Assembly (NCBI GenBank): GCA_964016885.1
Contig: OZ024742.1
Coordinates: 308,016,001 to 308,080,000, forward strand
Direction: 5' to 3'
DNA from: Eledone cirrhosa
Lineage: Eukaryota
Length of the DNA: 64,000 nucleotides
A program made the translations under genes and the position numbers. Below the pieces are notes generated by a model. It had not been told where the DNA came from, did no database searches, and saw only the letters and a program-made list of their open reading frames with translations. Below, in pieces: positions 25,362-40,600 of this stretch. Position 1 is the stretch's first letter. The number at the start of each line of letters is the position of its first letter.

Positions 25362-25429
25362 TTTATACTCTGCTATGTATTGAGTACCTTACTTACTGTG
25401 GTTACCTCCGATTCAACCCGGAATAACGT

Positions 25430-26470
<1,041 letters not shown>

Positions 26471-26510
26471 CACAGTTGAACATTGCAAACTCGACTGTCA
26501 CCACATATTA

Positions 26511-26549
26511 TGAACCTGAAGATTGCGAAAGCATGAAAGTACTTGTTCA
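26511..26549 (+). ncRNA. Minimal type-I hammerhead ribozyme
   Basis: TGAAC-CTGAAGA-tTGC-GAAA-GCAt-GAAA-GTAC-TT-GTTCA: 5-bp stem I, GNRA-capped stem II, palindromic stem III. Confidence 0.85.
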
Positions 26550-27336
26550 ATTAACACTTAGAATTTAATATTCTACCATACTATTTCATTATAATACCAT
26601 TATATATTTTAAAGGATTGTAAATAAAACGAGTAAATCAGACAAAGTTGGAATTCGTCTTATTAATATATACATATATATATGTATGAATGTATATTTAT
26701 ATATATGTGTGTGTGAGTGTGTGTGTTAGTGTGTGTGTGTGTATGTACGTATATACGTGTATGCCATGTATATGCGAAGCCAGATGATATAACCTTCAGT
26801 AGATTATATATTGCGTGATTCCAACACATTATGTCAATATAGTTTGCATGTGTGACGTCAAACGAGTCTTTCATCAATGTAGATCTTGTACAATGTATAA
26901 TGATCAACACAGTCATACGACTTTTATTTTATGTGTTTTTATCTCGAAGTTTTGTATTATTTTCTTCTTTTTCATACATAGAAAAGGAGACGGTTAGAGC
27001 ATCAATTTACAGCGGTAGACAAGAATTGTGTCAGACCGTCAATAATCCAGCTGACTGGATGTCCTATCTAATGCTAATCATCTTGCAGAGTCTACTGGGT
27101 GTATTTTATTGTACCAGCACTACCACTACAGAGTGTACTGGGTGTATTTTATTATAGCACCAGCACTAGAAACATTGTCAGGTACTCAACAGGTTTTGAG
27201 GAACCTCTATACTTTAAGCTGTCTCAGTTAGTTCACCCATCACCTTATAGGTAGATACTGATAAAGCAAATCATTACTACATATACATAGATAGAGAGTT
27301 ACCCATCCAATACATACATACATAGATACATTACAT

Positions 27337-27435
<99 letters not shown>

Positions 27436-28409
27436 GAGACGGTTAGAGCATCAATATTACAGCTGTAGAGAAGAAGAGTGTCAGACCGTCAATATTCCAA
27501 CTGACATGAATGATGCTACGAATGATGTCAAACTTATTCATTGCTGACATGAGATAGAGACTGCTTCCTCTGTCACGTCGGTATACTCTGCTTGGCCTAG
27601 GGATCTAAATTTCTGGTGGAATTATAGAGGTGTCCTCCTGACACATTGTGAGCCTAGTGTTTTAAACGCAGCTGATGTCCCCTCTTTTCAGGTTTATATT
27701 AAAGTTGGTTTCTTCAAGAGAATTAGAAAATGGGAGCAAGTAGAGGATACAAAAAGAGAATGTAGGAAAGAGATGAAAATAGAGTGACAGTAAATGAGAG
27801 ACAGACGTAAGTTGGGAGAAGAGAAGAGGACTAGATCTCAGTACTGGACTTGTACTACGCATATTGACACAAAAGGAGGAAACATAACTGGGATAACACT
27901 GGGATAACACTGAGGGACAATAAATACTGCAAGGTATTCTATCCAATTATCTGTTTCAGACCATCTGACATATTTGCAATCTAACCGCCTGTTCGCTTCA
28001 ACTACCTTTTCCCCAGTTGTGTTGAAGATAAACATTGTCACTTTACAAGCTATAAGAGTGGTGTCCATTGCCAAAGGCTCAAATTGATTTATGTTTAGTA
28101 GCAACACTTACGCACGCCGTTTACTTGATGGGTAGACTACAGCCTCCAATATGTTGATGTCAGGGAATGCATTGGTGACACTAACATTTCAGAACAATGA
28201 ATAACTCGATGCTTAAAAGCAGGTTATCACATTCTGGCAATAGCCACCACCATATTCCATCTCAGTGCTACGGAAAGTTTGATTATATTTCATACTTTAG
28301 CTTTTTGCTCCTAGTTTCTGATTATGAAATGTCACAATATTGTTATATTTTTGAATAGGTATCTAGAAATCACCTACATGTTAGTATTCGACAACCACCT
28401 GTGCGAGAC

Positions 28410-28573
28410 TGAGGACAAATTAGGCCCTGTGCTTGTTACCTTAAGAGGCCCCATACTTGAGCCTTGAGGGAGGTAGGCTCGTTAAAATAATTTTTTGGCA
28501 GGAAGATGGGCCCAACTGTCAAACGGGGCCCTATGCTTAAGCATACCTAAGCACAATGGTAAATCCGGCACTG
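28410..28573. mobile_element. Possible end of a hAT-like non-autonomous element
   Basis: Ends in taaatccggcactg with repeated ggccc subterminal motifs. The matching end was not found. Confidence 0.3.
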
Positions 28574-28934
28574 AAAACCACTGAGCTAAGCCAGCTAGAT
28601 CCGCAAGCCTGTCCATCTTGGAACCAATTTAGGCACACACCGCATTTGTTACATATGTAAAAATTCTGTTTTCTGCATCTGCATAGACATGCTCAGTCAC
28701 AGCTATCACATCTACTCATCAAAGAGAGGCAGCATGCAGTCTGGAGAGGAGGAGGTAGAGTCTCAGGTATTGGTAATTGTCATCTTAATTCGATGATTAA
28801 TCGCCAACATGTAACACGAAGTTAACAATGGCGGAATTCTAGTTTCGTTTATTGTTATGAATATCATTAACTCTATATTATGTATTGGGAAGTTTGTATT
28901 GATGTTCTTTTTACATACACACACAAATATATAA

Positions 28935-28965
<31 letters not shown>

Positions 28966-30815
28966 CTAGAAAGCAGCGAATATTTGAAGATTTAGGGTAA
29001 ATTTAAAATAGATATACATATTCTTCATATTTTAAATAGCTATAAGTTAATATTTATATTGATGTAACCCCCTCTGTGATAAGCCGTATGAAATAGCTTG
29101 CAACCTATAGAGGAACAAACGCTGGATGATAATCAAACTCACTACTTGTATATTGAAAAGTGTTGATAGCAAAAGCATTGGGAATTACACTGAAACAAAT
29201 TTCAGATGAAGTTGTTGAATTTTAATGCAAGTTGAAATGTCTTTTTTGTTTGATAAAATTTGTATTGACTTGCATCTGATAGAAGTAAGATGGCAGTCAA
29301 ATCGGAAGTTGCTTTGCTATGTGCCTGAATTCCAGAAAAGGGTACATGCGTTCAAATGAAAAAAGCCCTTTAGCAAATTCATTCAATGTGGATCATTAAT
29401 ATCTAACTTGAAATATTTGAGGAAAGTAATTTAGCATCTTAATATCTTAATCTTGTAAACAAGGTAAGAGATTTTTAAATCTATAGATAAACTAATTGCA
29501 TTTCAGGTAGAATTTATAAAATAAATAAAACCCTGGAAATGAAAATTTTCAAATATTTTCTGTAGTAAACTTCATACGGGAAATAACTCCTGTCATAGTT
29601 GAGGACTCAACAGCACTTGAAGGCAAATTGGATTCTTATATTAATAAATATAAAACAATATAAATATAAAACAATATAAATATACAACAATATCATGAAA
29701 ATTTAAACTGGTGATATTTTTGAATAATCTGATGGAAACAAATAGATTCCAAGTCATGGTGGATGGAATCTCATATATAAGAAGCTGTCTGGAACAGTTT
29801 GGCATTCCATCAGAAAAAAAATATATATATATCAGTATCCCAAAACATTTGTTATTAATGATTTATTTGTTAACATTATAATTTGTAAATATTAATTGCT
29901 CTGAAATGCATCAAATACTCCGACCAAAAAAAAACAAAAAAAAACTCCCAGCAAGAACACAGCAAGAAACTATTTATTATATTGAGGATGACATTTTATT
30001 TGTTTACTACAAATAAGTTACTACATGAAAAATAACGCTAAAGAAAATCTAAAATATGGTTCGCCTGAAGCAGGTTTAATGAAATGCCAGAAGCCGCAAT
30101 TTTGTAAAACGTATTTTTAAAAGATCTTTCCTGCCATGCGACTAGTAAATTGTTATGTGATCTTCAACTCACAGACGAATTCAAAAGGATTGAAAATCAG
30201 ATATAACTAAAAGCTATCGCTTGCAAATCTGCAGGATTTGTTAGTTCATGAAACCATTAATTGTGGGTTTCCACTAAATGCATCCATGTACCAAATTATG
30301 AAGTTAAAGCCACCCAGGCCTAAGGTAAATAGATATATACATAGACACCAAGTCCGAACACAAAGAAACAGAACTCACACTGTCACTGCCTCCATCTCTC
30401 GCGCTCTCCCCATCTCTCACTTTTATGTGCAAATGCAAATGGGGGTACACCCCCGACCCCACCCCTACGCGAACAGAGCAGAGAAAGCGTTTCCCTCGAG
30501 GATAATCAGGGAGACGCACCCGAAAAGCCATTTCAGCTCGCGAGGCTTACGCCTGTGGGTAGCCGACTCTGCATCGATCGTGGAAACCAAAAGACTTCAC
30601 TGCTACGGGCTGAACCACAAACCTGCCAGAGAGCAACCAATGTTTGTAGAGTTTGACCTCTTGCTTCTGTAAATATACAGAGCGCTGACACTTCAAACAA
30701 GAACGTGCCCAACCAGTGATTAAACGACGCATATTAGGCCAGAAAAATCGAGTCATAATAAACTTCACTTGTTCCGGATTGCCATCAACGTACCGTTTTT
30801 GATGCACTTCATTCC

Positions 30816-31922
30816 TTGTCGCATCCCGGCATAGCTGCCACGGTGAAGCTTATTACGGCTCGATTTTTCTGGCCTAATATGCGTCGTTTAATAACCGGTT
30901 GGGCACCTTCTTGTTTGAAGTGTCAGCGCTCTAAGATTTATCGGCATGTCCGCGCTCCTCTTGGGAAATTCAGCCCGCCAGACTCACGTTTCCGTCATAT
31001 TCACATGGATATTGTTGGTCCATGGCCCGTTAGTCGTGGGTTCACATACATATTGACTTGTATCGATCGTTTCTCTCGGTGGCCTGAAGCCATACCCTTA
31101 GTGGACATAACAGCAGAGTCCGTTGCCCGAGCTTTCATTTCCAATTGGATTGGTCGCTTTGGTGTTCCTACTAAAATAACTACGGATCGTGGACGCCAAT
31201 TTGAAGCTTCCTTATTTCGTGAAATATCACGACTCTTGGGTGCTCATCACATTCATACGACCAGCTATCATCCAGCCTCCAATGAAATGGTCGAGAGGTT
31301 TCATAGACAGTTGAAAGCTGCACTTCGCGCTACTCCTGATCCGCAACGTTGGACCGAATTTTTGCCAATCATGCTTCTTGGTTGTCGTTCTGTCATTAAG
31401 ACAGATTTAGGTTTTTCTTCTGCTGAACTTCTTTATGGTATCACATTGTCTCTTCCTGGACAAATGTTAGCACCAGTGGATTCATCATATCTTGACCCAG
31501 CATCATATGTCACCAGGATTCGTTCGTATTTCTCGGATCTTCCACCAATGAACCCTCGTGACCAATCTATTTCTGCTGCTGTCCCATCGGACATCTCTAC
31601 GTGGACACACATTTTCATACGGAATGATTCCGTCAAGGGACCTCTTACGTCACCTTATAATGGACCTTTTCGTGTGCTTTCGCACACACCAAAACACTTT
31701 ACAGTGGCTGTCAATGGTCGAAAAGAGGTAATATCCGTTGACAGAGCAAAGAAAGCTTTCTCTGAAAGTCTCACATCATTGCCTGACATACCTCGCACAT
31801 ACACTCCGCAACAAACACCTTCCCCTCCACCGCAAACACCATATACCACACAACCATATGTCACACGAAGTGGCAGGACAGTAATATGGCCACGGAAACT
31901 CTCAAAAACAATATTCGTCTAA
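30816..31922 (+). pseudogene. Gypsy integrase domain (pol fragment, open frame)
   Basis: HPG..CLKCQ zinc finger, [25 protein letters not shown] (DDE), SPYNGPF (GPY/F motif). Confidence 0.9.
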
Positions 31923-32172
31923 CCCCTAGTAGCATTAACTATTTGACTTTGAAAAATGTTGAACTTATTTTGAGCACTATTTTCCTTGCTCCCTTGTACT
32001 GTTTTGAATTGTATTGTTCCAGTTACATTTTTCTGCATGTTTATTTTCCTACTTTGCTTCTGTTACAAACCATTGTAATTGATGTACCTTTTGTTTTGCT
32101 TGCTCCTTATTCTACGGCTCCTGGCTACAATGACCTTACGGTTATTATCAACTATCGTCTGGAGGGGAGCCT

Positions 32173-32467
32173 TGTAGCGACTAGCGCCACCTTGCCCGGG
32201 GAGAAAAAACTAATTGGAGTTACTTCCCGTTGAATTCTAGAAGATCCCTTGAACTTCCGGTCTAGGGATTATAAAGGAGGGAGAAAAGAGACATCTTAGC
32301 TTATTTGGCGACCGGCTCTCGGACAGTTCACTCACGAGCGAGTTTGTTAACCTAATTATATCTGTATCGAATTTAATTAGTGGTTGGCCTGCAGTGGCGT
32401 TTATCAAAGTAAATAACCCTGTGACCAATTCACTAAATATCTATCTCTCGAACTATGTCACCATACA
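32173..32467 (+). repeat. 3' LTR (about 295 bp)
   Basis: Starts tgta just after the PPT and ends taca. TATAAA-like motif near 32270. No second LTR in the window to confirm the end. Confidence 0.65.
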
Positions 32468-33271
32468 TATATTTGAAAATGTGGAAATACCAAACGCATA
32501 AAATAAATGTAACAACAGTTGATCGCTTTAAATAGTACCTTAGATAATAGCCTCTTATTTCTCAATGATTAGAGCCTTTGGCGGAATTCGAGAGATTTTT
32601 CATTGCTAATCGCAGCTGCAACTTCCATTTTACTATTATTTCGTTTTCTCTGAGCCTTTATAATCAATTAATTAATTGATTAATTGATTAATTAATTATT
32701 GATTATTTGTTTGATAACCTAGTTGAGAGCTTACCTCGGAGGCTGTGAATAAATTCCTTTGTTTACACTTTTGAATTTGCCCGCCGGGGTGTGAATCTTC
32801 CTCTTTTCTTGAGAAAGAACACGTGATCTCGCTGCGAGAGTTACTGCTACAGTACTCGGCAGTGGAGTTACTAAGCGGCGCTCATGGAATACGGAACGAA
32901 ACGACTGTTGAGAAAGGGATATTCTAGTTCCATCTTAGGATATATTACTGACTTGCATATTACGCAACTTGGAGTGTAACTCTCGGTTTGCAAGAAACCA
33001 ATCGAAGATATTTATATAATATCTATCGATTAGGTCCAGATTGGTCTTTAACCTGTTTCTATTTTCGTAGTTGTAGTGGATTTTGTGGCAACAACTATCC
33101 GGGCGCAATTTTCACTGTGTCACACCCCTAACGTATTATTACTCTGAGCTATATTTGATCGATTTATCGATATCATCTCATTGGGTGCTTCTTGCCAGCT
33201 TTTGAAGATTGATTTCGGAAAATTCTAATCGCAGCTGCAACTTCGATTTTACTGATTATTATTATTGTTAT

Positions 33272-36007
33272 TACAGTTGCATTTATCTTGCTTTATGTTC
33301 ATAAGAGTTATCACCAAGTCACAACAAGGTCCGCCATGTTCAAGAAAGAACATACATACACACACATGCATCTTTAGGTATTTAGACTTGTGATGTACTT
33401 ATATTGACAGAATCTTCCTTAGTATATGGGCAGTTCCCATTAGTACTATCTTTTGTATTTCTCCTATATGCGGGTTTCATGGGATTTGCGATATCATTAA
33501 AACCCTTATGTATCATCCCTAGAGCGTCTACAACCACTGGTATTGTATTAGTTCTCAATTTCCACATTTTTCCAATTTCTATCTCAAGGTTCTTATACTT
33601 GCTCAAATTTTCAAATGTTTTTATAGATACATCGTTGTGTATTGGAACAGACATATCAATTAGCAGGTGTACCCTCTTTTTAAAGTCCTTCACTATTATA
33701 TTAGATCTATTTGCATCTATTTTTCGGTCTGTTTGGATGCTAAAGTTCCACAAGATTGAGATGTGATCTTTTTCAATTATGGGAGGTGGTTGATGCTCCC
33801 ACCAATTCTTTTGATGGGGCAGGTCAAAATGCTTACTTACACATTATCCAATGTATGTATTGTGCAGCTCTGTCATGTCTATTTAGGTATTCGGTTGGAG
33901 CTATAGGACTGCACATTGAAATTATATGATCAATGGTCTCTGGTTGTTTTTTTACATACACGGCATACTGGGTTGCATCCATTTTCTGTTATGTTGGCAG
34001 ACACTGATCTTGTGCTGATATAATCAGTCCTTCAGTCTCCGATTTCAGTCCAGAGGATGCCAACCACTGATGGGTTAAAGTTTTGTCAACATCAGGATTG
34101 TTAGCTCTTTCTGGGTATTTTCCATACAGAGGCTTTTCTTGCCATTTCTTAGCCAGTTTCTGTAGCAGTTCTTTCTTTGCAGTTACTTTTACCTGCTTTG
34201 CTTTTTCTGTGTTTTCCATTTCAGCAGTAAATGGGACTTTTGAAATTAGTAGTCAATTACTGTATCTTTGTGCATCTTTTGTAATGGAATATGATCTTTT
34301 GATGCTTTCGTGTTTCAAAACGAGTTTGATCATCCAATCATGTGATTCCCTTAGATATGTAGATAATCCAATTGTTGCAATTTTCAACGCAATATCTAAC
34401 TAGGGAGATATATTCTATCTGTATCTGCCTTAAGGTGATGCATTCTGTGCATGGTTAAGCATTTTCTATTTTTTGTATCCAGCCTACGGATCTCTGTGTT
34501 TGACCAGTTGATGACATTGTAACAGTAGGTTACTACTGGTATAGTAAGCGAGTTTATGGCATCGATCCTTGCATTCAATCTATTCCTTGCATTTATTCCT
34601 TGCATTCAATTCCGTTCTTAAGATTGCTCTTACTCTGCGGTAATATTCCTTCCTTATCATTTCCATCATTGTCGAATGCTTGATTCTGTCTCCTTCACAA
34701 ACACCTAGATATTTGTAAGTTTCCTCTTGATCAAGTTCTCTTATCACATTCCCCCAATCAAGATTAATGTCTGAAATTTTCAGCAGCTTTCCTCTGGTGA
34801 ACGTTGCTTTGGCGCATTTATCTAGTCCAAACTCCATTTTAATGTCATCACTGAACTGCTCCACAGTGGATAATAGCCATTGCAATTGTTCATCATTTTT
34901 TGCAAATAGGTTCAGGTCATCCATGTAGAACAAGTAATTAATGGTTTTGTCATAGACTCTGTATCCATGTTTTGTTTCATTGAGCATTTTACTTAATGGT
35001 ATAAGTGCGATGCAGAATAAAAGCGGTGATAAAGAGTCACCCTGAAAAATTCCACAATTGATATTAACTTCTCCAGCTCCCAGTGATTTTTTTTTCACTA
35101 TTCAAAAGGAGTGTCGTTTTCCATGTCTTCATACTGAATGACAGGAACCTCCTCACAACGGAAGATATTTTGAAAATCTGTAAACATTTTTCAAACCAAC
35201 TGTGTGGCAAACTATTGAATGCTTTTTTATAATCTATCCAAGCAATTGATATAATTTTGTGTCTATTATGACAATCTTCCAGTATCATTTTGTTAACCAA
35301 AAGCTGATCCTTACAGCCATATGAGCCTCGTTTACACCCTTTCTGCTCATTGGGAAATAGATCATTTGTTATCAGGTGGTCATATGTATATTCAGTTAGG
35401 ACTGATGTTAAAATTTTATACATTGTGGTCAAGCAAGTTATTGGTCTGTAATATTTGGGATTGTTTGTCTCATCATTCTTCGGAAGCAGGAATGTAATGC
35501 CGTTAACTAGCCATGATGTTATCTTTTCTGGCTCCTTAACTATTTCATTGTAAAGTTGGGCTAACAGCTCATGAGACTCTGTGAAGGTATTTATCTAAAA
35601 ATTTGGTATTTTGTCTTTTCCTGTGGATTTCCATTTGCTGGTTTTTATAAGAGCTAAACGCAACTGTTCAACTGTTATATTTTCCCATATTTGTTCCTCA
35701 AGGTGAGCTGTATCTTTCATTTGTCTGTCTATCCATGGAGCATGTATATTATGAACTTTTTCTTCGGCCCAGATCTTTTCCCAGAATTGTTGCACTTCCT
35801 CCTTGGGTGGTATTGATTTAGCAGTTATTATTGACTTGCTAATTTTTCTGTAGAAGTTTCTTTGGTTGTTTTTGAACATATTATTGTCCTTATAGAATCT
35901 AGATCGTTTTTCAAAGTGCCTTATACGAGCAGCTTTGACCGACACTTTTTGCTTGATTATTTCTATCAGCATGTATATGTCACTTGTTGATTTTATACTG
36001 TATTTTC

Positions 36008-36011
<4 letters not shown>
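33272..36011 (-). mobile_element. Decayed Dong/R4-clade non-LTR element (RT, CCHC, restriction-like endonuclease), 5'-truncated
   Basis: EQKGCKRGSYGCKDQL, GIFQGDSLSPLLFC, LFYMDDL, SETEGLIISAQDQ, CRVC..DHIISMC, QTDRKIDANRSNI..LLIDMSVP..KYKNL. Multiple stops and frameshifts. (TTA)n at both ends. Confidence 0.88.
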
Positions 36012-36057
<46 letters not shown>

Positions 36058-36272
36058 GGCGACCTACGTAGGAAACCGTATTATCGTGAGCTCCGCAAAG
36101 GTTTGTTGTTTTCAGTTGTTTAAAATTGCCATTTATGGAAAATCTTTATTGTTAATTGTATATAAGTGCACATTCATTGTTTTCTGAAAAGGACACTCAA
36201 AAAGATTGGGGCATTGAGCCCAAAATTTAAACTTTTATAATTATCAAACAAAAAAAAATTCTTTGAAAAATC

Positions 36273-37650
36273 ATGGACAACTCACAGCCACAACTTCTTC
36301 AGAAACTAACACCTCACACCGACACCACCATTGTAAATATTACTACGTTTGCCAACACTAAAAATATAAGCAGTAGCAATAATTTAAATTTGTCTCATGC
36401 AGACATTCATTTCCCGTCATTACCAATGACTGCAGGTGTTGAAGCCTCCACCACCACCACCACAGCGACAACAGAAACAAAAGAAAAAAATAAATTATCT
36501 CGTGACATCGAAATGGATTCACCCAGAATGGACTCTTCCACACCGAACACGACGGACGCCACCACCACCACAACTGAAACTAAAAATAACAATAACAAAA
36601 ATAACGATAACAACAACAGCAACAACAACTATGAGAATAAGAAAACCACCCTGTCTTTTGCCAGAGTAGCAAAAATGTGCGAAGCAATCCAGGAAACTCA
36701 GGAGGAATTAGATGAAGCCAAGAGAATGGTAAAGAAAGATGGGTACAACGTCGTTTGTGGTGAAGGAACCCACTTAAGGGCTTTCTGCCCTCAGGCTAAA
36801 TGGTTGATGTCACCTCTCTTACCCACTCCAGTGACTCAACCATCAACACCACCAGCAGCTGAAATGGGAGAAACAACTGTAGCAGCAACAACAGAAGCAA
36901 CTGTAACAGCAACAACCCCAGCAACAGTAGCAAAACCAACACCACCACCACCCAACGCGCCAGAACTAGCACCAGCGCCTAACCATCCACCACGCCACAA
37001 CCAAAACCAACGCCTGTGGAGGATTTTCCACTCCCCGACCTATCGCAACTGGAGACAGATTGTGATGACGAGGAGTGGGAAACGGTATCAGGAAAAAAGA
37101 AAAAAAGAAAAAGAAGCCAAAAAAGAAGAAAATCCCCTTCCTTCCTCCTCCAAAAACAAAATACAGAGGGAAATAAATAAACTATCAAACAAAAAAGTTA
37201 GGACAGATATGCCACCATCCCCACCAGCATCACCAACCCCATCAACACAAACACCAACACCATCACCATCATTAACCCCAACACCACCATCACCAACACC
37301 ACAAAAGTCACCATAAAGCGAAACAGAAACAAACCTACAACAAACGCAAACAAAACAAAACAACCAAAATGATACACACTACACAGCATTAAATGTGAAC
37401 AACAACCAATTATTACACTACATCCAACACAACACCAGCATCACAGAAAAACACTACACAACAACCCAAAAGTTCACACCACTTCCACACATACAAATCA
37501 CTCGCATCACACAGAAAACGTACACGACACTAAAACAAAGACATCGGATACGTCCGACAAGCACTCTCCAAGAGGATTTATAAGGACATCCTTTCCCGAG
37601 GAGGCCACAAGCAGTGAAAAGGATGGAGAAACCATCCTTCCTCTATGAGA
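36273..37650 (+). pseudogene. Tx1-like ORF1 remnant
   Basis: SFARVA motif, degenerate zinc knuckle VCGEGTHLRAFCP, Pro/Thr-rich tail, position upstream of EN. Confidence 0.6.
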
Positions 37651-37694
37651 AGTAAGGTAAGTGGTCTTTCCCATCTTTTCCACTCCATTTCAAC

Positions 37695-40600
37695 ATGACC
37701 TCACTCAGAATAGGCAGTATAAATGCGCGTGGCTTGGGGTCGTCATGGAAGCAGGGCCACCTGTTCAACGTCCTCAGGTCACTAAACATAGTGGCCATCA
37801 GCGAGACCAGAATCTCCGAAGCACGGGCCTTCGCACCGATCTTCGGCGGCAACGATGTGTACGCATCTCCCAGCCGTCCTGGATCGGATGGAGGAGTTGC
37901 TGTGCTTTTTCGGAGAGGTTTAGATGTCGCCATCCGGGCCATCTTCCTGGACCCAGAAGGTAAGTTGGTGGTGCTAGACGTGACCAGCGGAGACGGGCAA
38001 GCTTTCAGGCTAGTGGCCGTCTATGCCCCTACAGGAGCAGGGCGGCCTGATTTCTTCCGGCGTCTGGAGACCTTTCTTGGAACGTCCCCCTCTTTAGTGT
38101 TAGTGGGCGACTGGAACCGGATCTTATATGCACGCTGGGACTGTGTGGAATTAGCGTATAGGGGAGAAGGGTGCAACAGCCTCACCAACCTGCTCAGGCG
38201 TTTTGAACTGTCTGACAGGTACCGATTGGATTTCCCGAATGTGCCAATGTGGACTTGGACAAACAGCATAGGGTCATCCAGATCATATCTATATAGAGTA
38301 TTTTGTAGGGAAATAGATAGGTCTAGCATAGGCTGTCCACAATTCAAGATAGTCAGCTACACGGACCACCAATGTGTGATCTGTGTGCTTGACTTCATGG
38401 ACGAGGACCCGGCTACTGGAAGCTAAACTCGTCCTTACCAGCGCGCAAGGCCTAGAGAGACCGGTTTAGCGAACTAGTTAAGCGGGCGTTGATGGGGGCC
38501 ATTCGTCAACAACAAGTGGTGGTTTGCTCTGAAAAGATCGTTTAGAATAGAGTCCATTAGGTTTAGTAAGGCTTTAGCAATAGAGAAAAATAGAGCAGAG
38601 GGAGAACTAGTTAGAAAATTAGACGAGGCGCTTAGCAAAGGCATCGCGACCGATGTATTTGCGGCGAAATTGGCCCTTGACCAATTCTTCAATGCAAAGT
38701 ACGAAGGCTGCGTTGTCAGAGCTAGGGTGCGTGCTTTCAGACACGAGGGGACGAAAGCCGTTCAAGGGCCCGAGTGGCGGAGGCGCGTCGTGGCAACAAA
38801 GCCACGATCCGGTTTTTGGTGGGCCACGACGGGCGCATGCTACTCGATCCCGGGCAAATGTGTGAAGCTTTTCAGCGACACTTCGCTCAGGTGTTCGGGG
38901 GCAGCGGCGGGACGGGTTGAGGGATGGATTTTAGTGTCTACCTCGACGGACTGCCGCGGCTCTCGGCCACTGAGGCGGAGTGTTGCGAAAAGCCGATAAC
39001 AACCGCTGAAGTACGGAAGGCAATGACTGGCTGCACAAGGGGTAAATCACCTGGTTTGGACGGTATGCCCTATGAACGTAACGTACATATGCCAGACTTG
39101 TTTGGAGACCTCTTGGCGGACCTCTACTGCAACTGGCAACAGAACGGGAGAATTCCCAGCTCTGTGAGCCGAGGAGCGGTGGCGCTGCTGAGAAAGGATC
39201 CGAAAAAGGGGGCTAACATAGATCATTTCAGGCCCATAACTCTGCTAAATACAGAGTTCAAGATTTTGGCCAAGGTGCTAGCAAAGAGGTTGGCGCTTGT
39301 CGTTGGTGGTCTGGTGGGAGAGGCGCAGACATGCGCCATTCACGACAGATCCATCCACGACAACCTCCACCTCATGCGATACATCGTAGAGAGAGTAGCT
39401 AGGGAACCTGGCACGGGTGGGTCCTTGATCAATTTAGATCAGTCGTAAGCTTTCGATATGGTCAACCATCGTTACCTAGCGGCAGTCCTGAGGGCAGCTG
39501 GCTTTGGGCCCGTCTTCAGAGGCTGGATCGCTGCCATGCACAGCGACATCTGCTCTGTGGTGAGAGTGAATGGTCACCTTAAGGAACCGTTCAACATCAT
39601 GCGCTCGGTCGGCCAAGGAGGTCCCCTCTCGTCCCTCTTGTATGTATTGACTCTCGAGCCATTACTGTATTGAGGTGGGGTCCCGCGCGAACTAGGATGC
39701 GGAAGATCTGTGTCAGCATATGCGGACGATGTCACCGTAGTGGTGTCGAACGCCAAACACATCGAGGCGATCGGCACTAGACTAAGAGAATACGAAGCGG
39801 TGACAGGAGCAATGATCAACCAGGAAAAGTCAGTGGGCCTGCAGCTCGGCACTTGCAGAGGCAGGTCCATGCCGTCCAACAGCGTCGTCGGGCGCTGGAC
39901 GGACGGAGTGGTTAAATTGCTAGGGGTCTGGTTCGGTCCGGACCTCCAGACGGACAAAAACTGGGACGAGGTGACGAGCAGGGTGGCTTCTCTCACCCAG
40001 AAATGGGCGGAGAGGAAGCTAACCCTGAATGGTCGATCGGAGGTGGCTAACGCGTACATCGCGTCCGTCATCTACTACCGCCTGACCGCCGTACCTTGTC
40101 CTAAGTCCCGCCTGACTGCGCTGGAGCGTTTGCTCTTTCGCTTTTTGTGAAAGGCACGCCCTCCGATGGTCACGCGGTCCATCTGCTGTCAACAGTCGCT
40201 ACATGGAGGGCTGAGCAGCCGTGGTTGATGATGCGCAGACACGCGCTCAGGCTACGACATCTCCACCTCTTCCTCGACGGTGATCAAGTGTGGTCGACGT
40301 TTGCTAGACGCGTCTTTCCCCAACTCGTCTCCTTGACGGAGCTGCAGTACTGGGTCAAGCGAAGACCGAGAGGGGGCGCTTGGAGACTGGAATGTCTTCA
40401 GGCGCTCACAGCCCTCGACCATCGGGCAATGTGATCGGTGGAAACTCCACCTTGGCGTTCTATAAAGGATTAGTGGAGGGGAAGAGCGACGACGTACTTG
40501 GGGAAACTCTAAGCATCGACGAAAATCAACTAGCCAATCTCTTAGGAAGAACTTTCGGGCCGGGGCCTATAGACAACTTCCAGAAATCCCTGTCCTGGCA

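Larger units (their letters stand above)
30769..32467 (+). mobile_element. Ty3/Gypsy LTR retrotransposon, 3' portion (integrase, PPT, 3' LTR)
   Basis: Integrase ORF followed by PPT ggaggggag (32161-32169) and a TGTA..TACA-bounded segment. Confidence 0.88.

Noticed and set aside
26986-27505. Diverged 70-bp direct repeat pair (26986 and 27435), and a 30-bp pair at 32606 and 33224
   Set aside because: Too short and diverged to define an element. No ribozyme or ORF between them.
30238-30672. 144-aa ORF and GC-richer segment with ATGCAAAT
   Set aside because: Non-AUG start and no recognisable domain. A single octamer is expected by chance.
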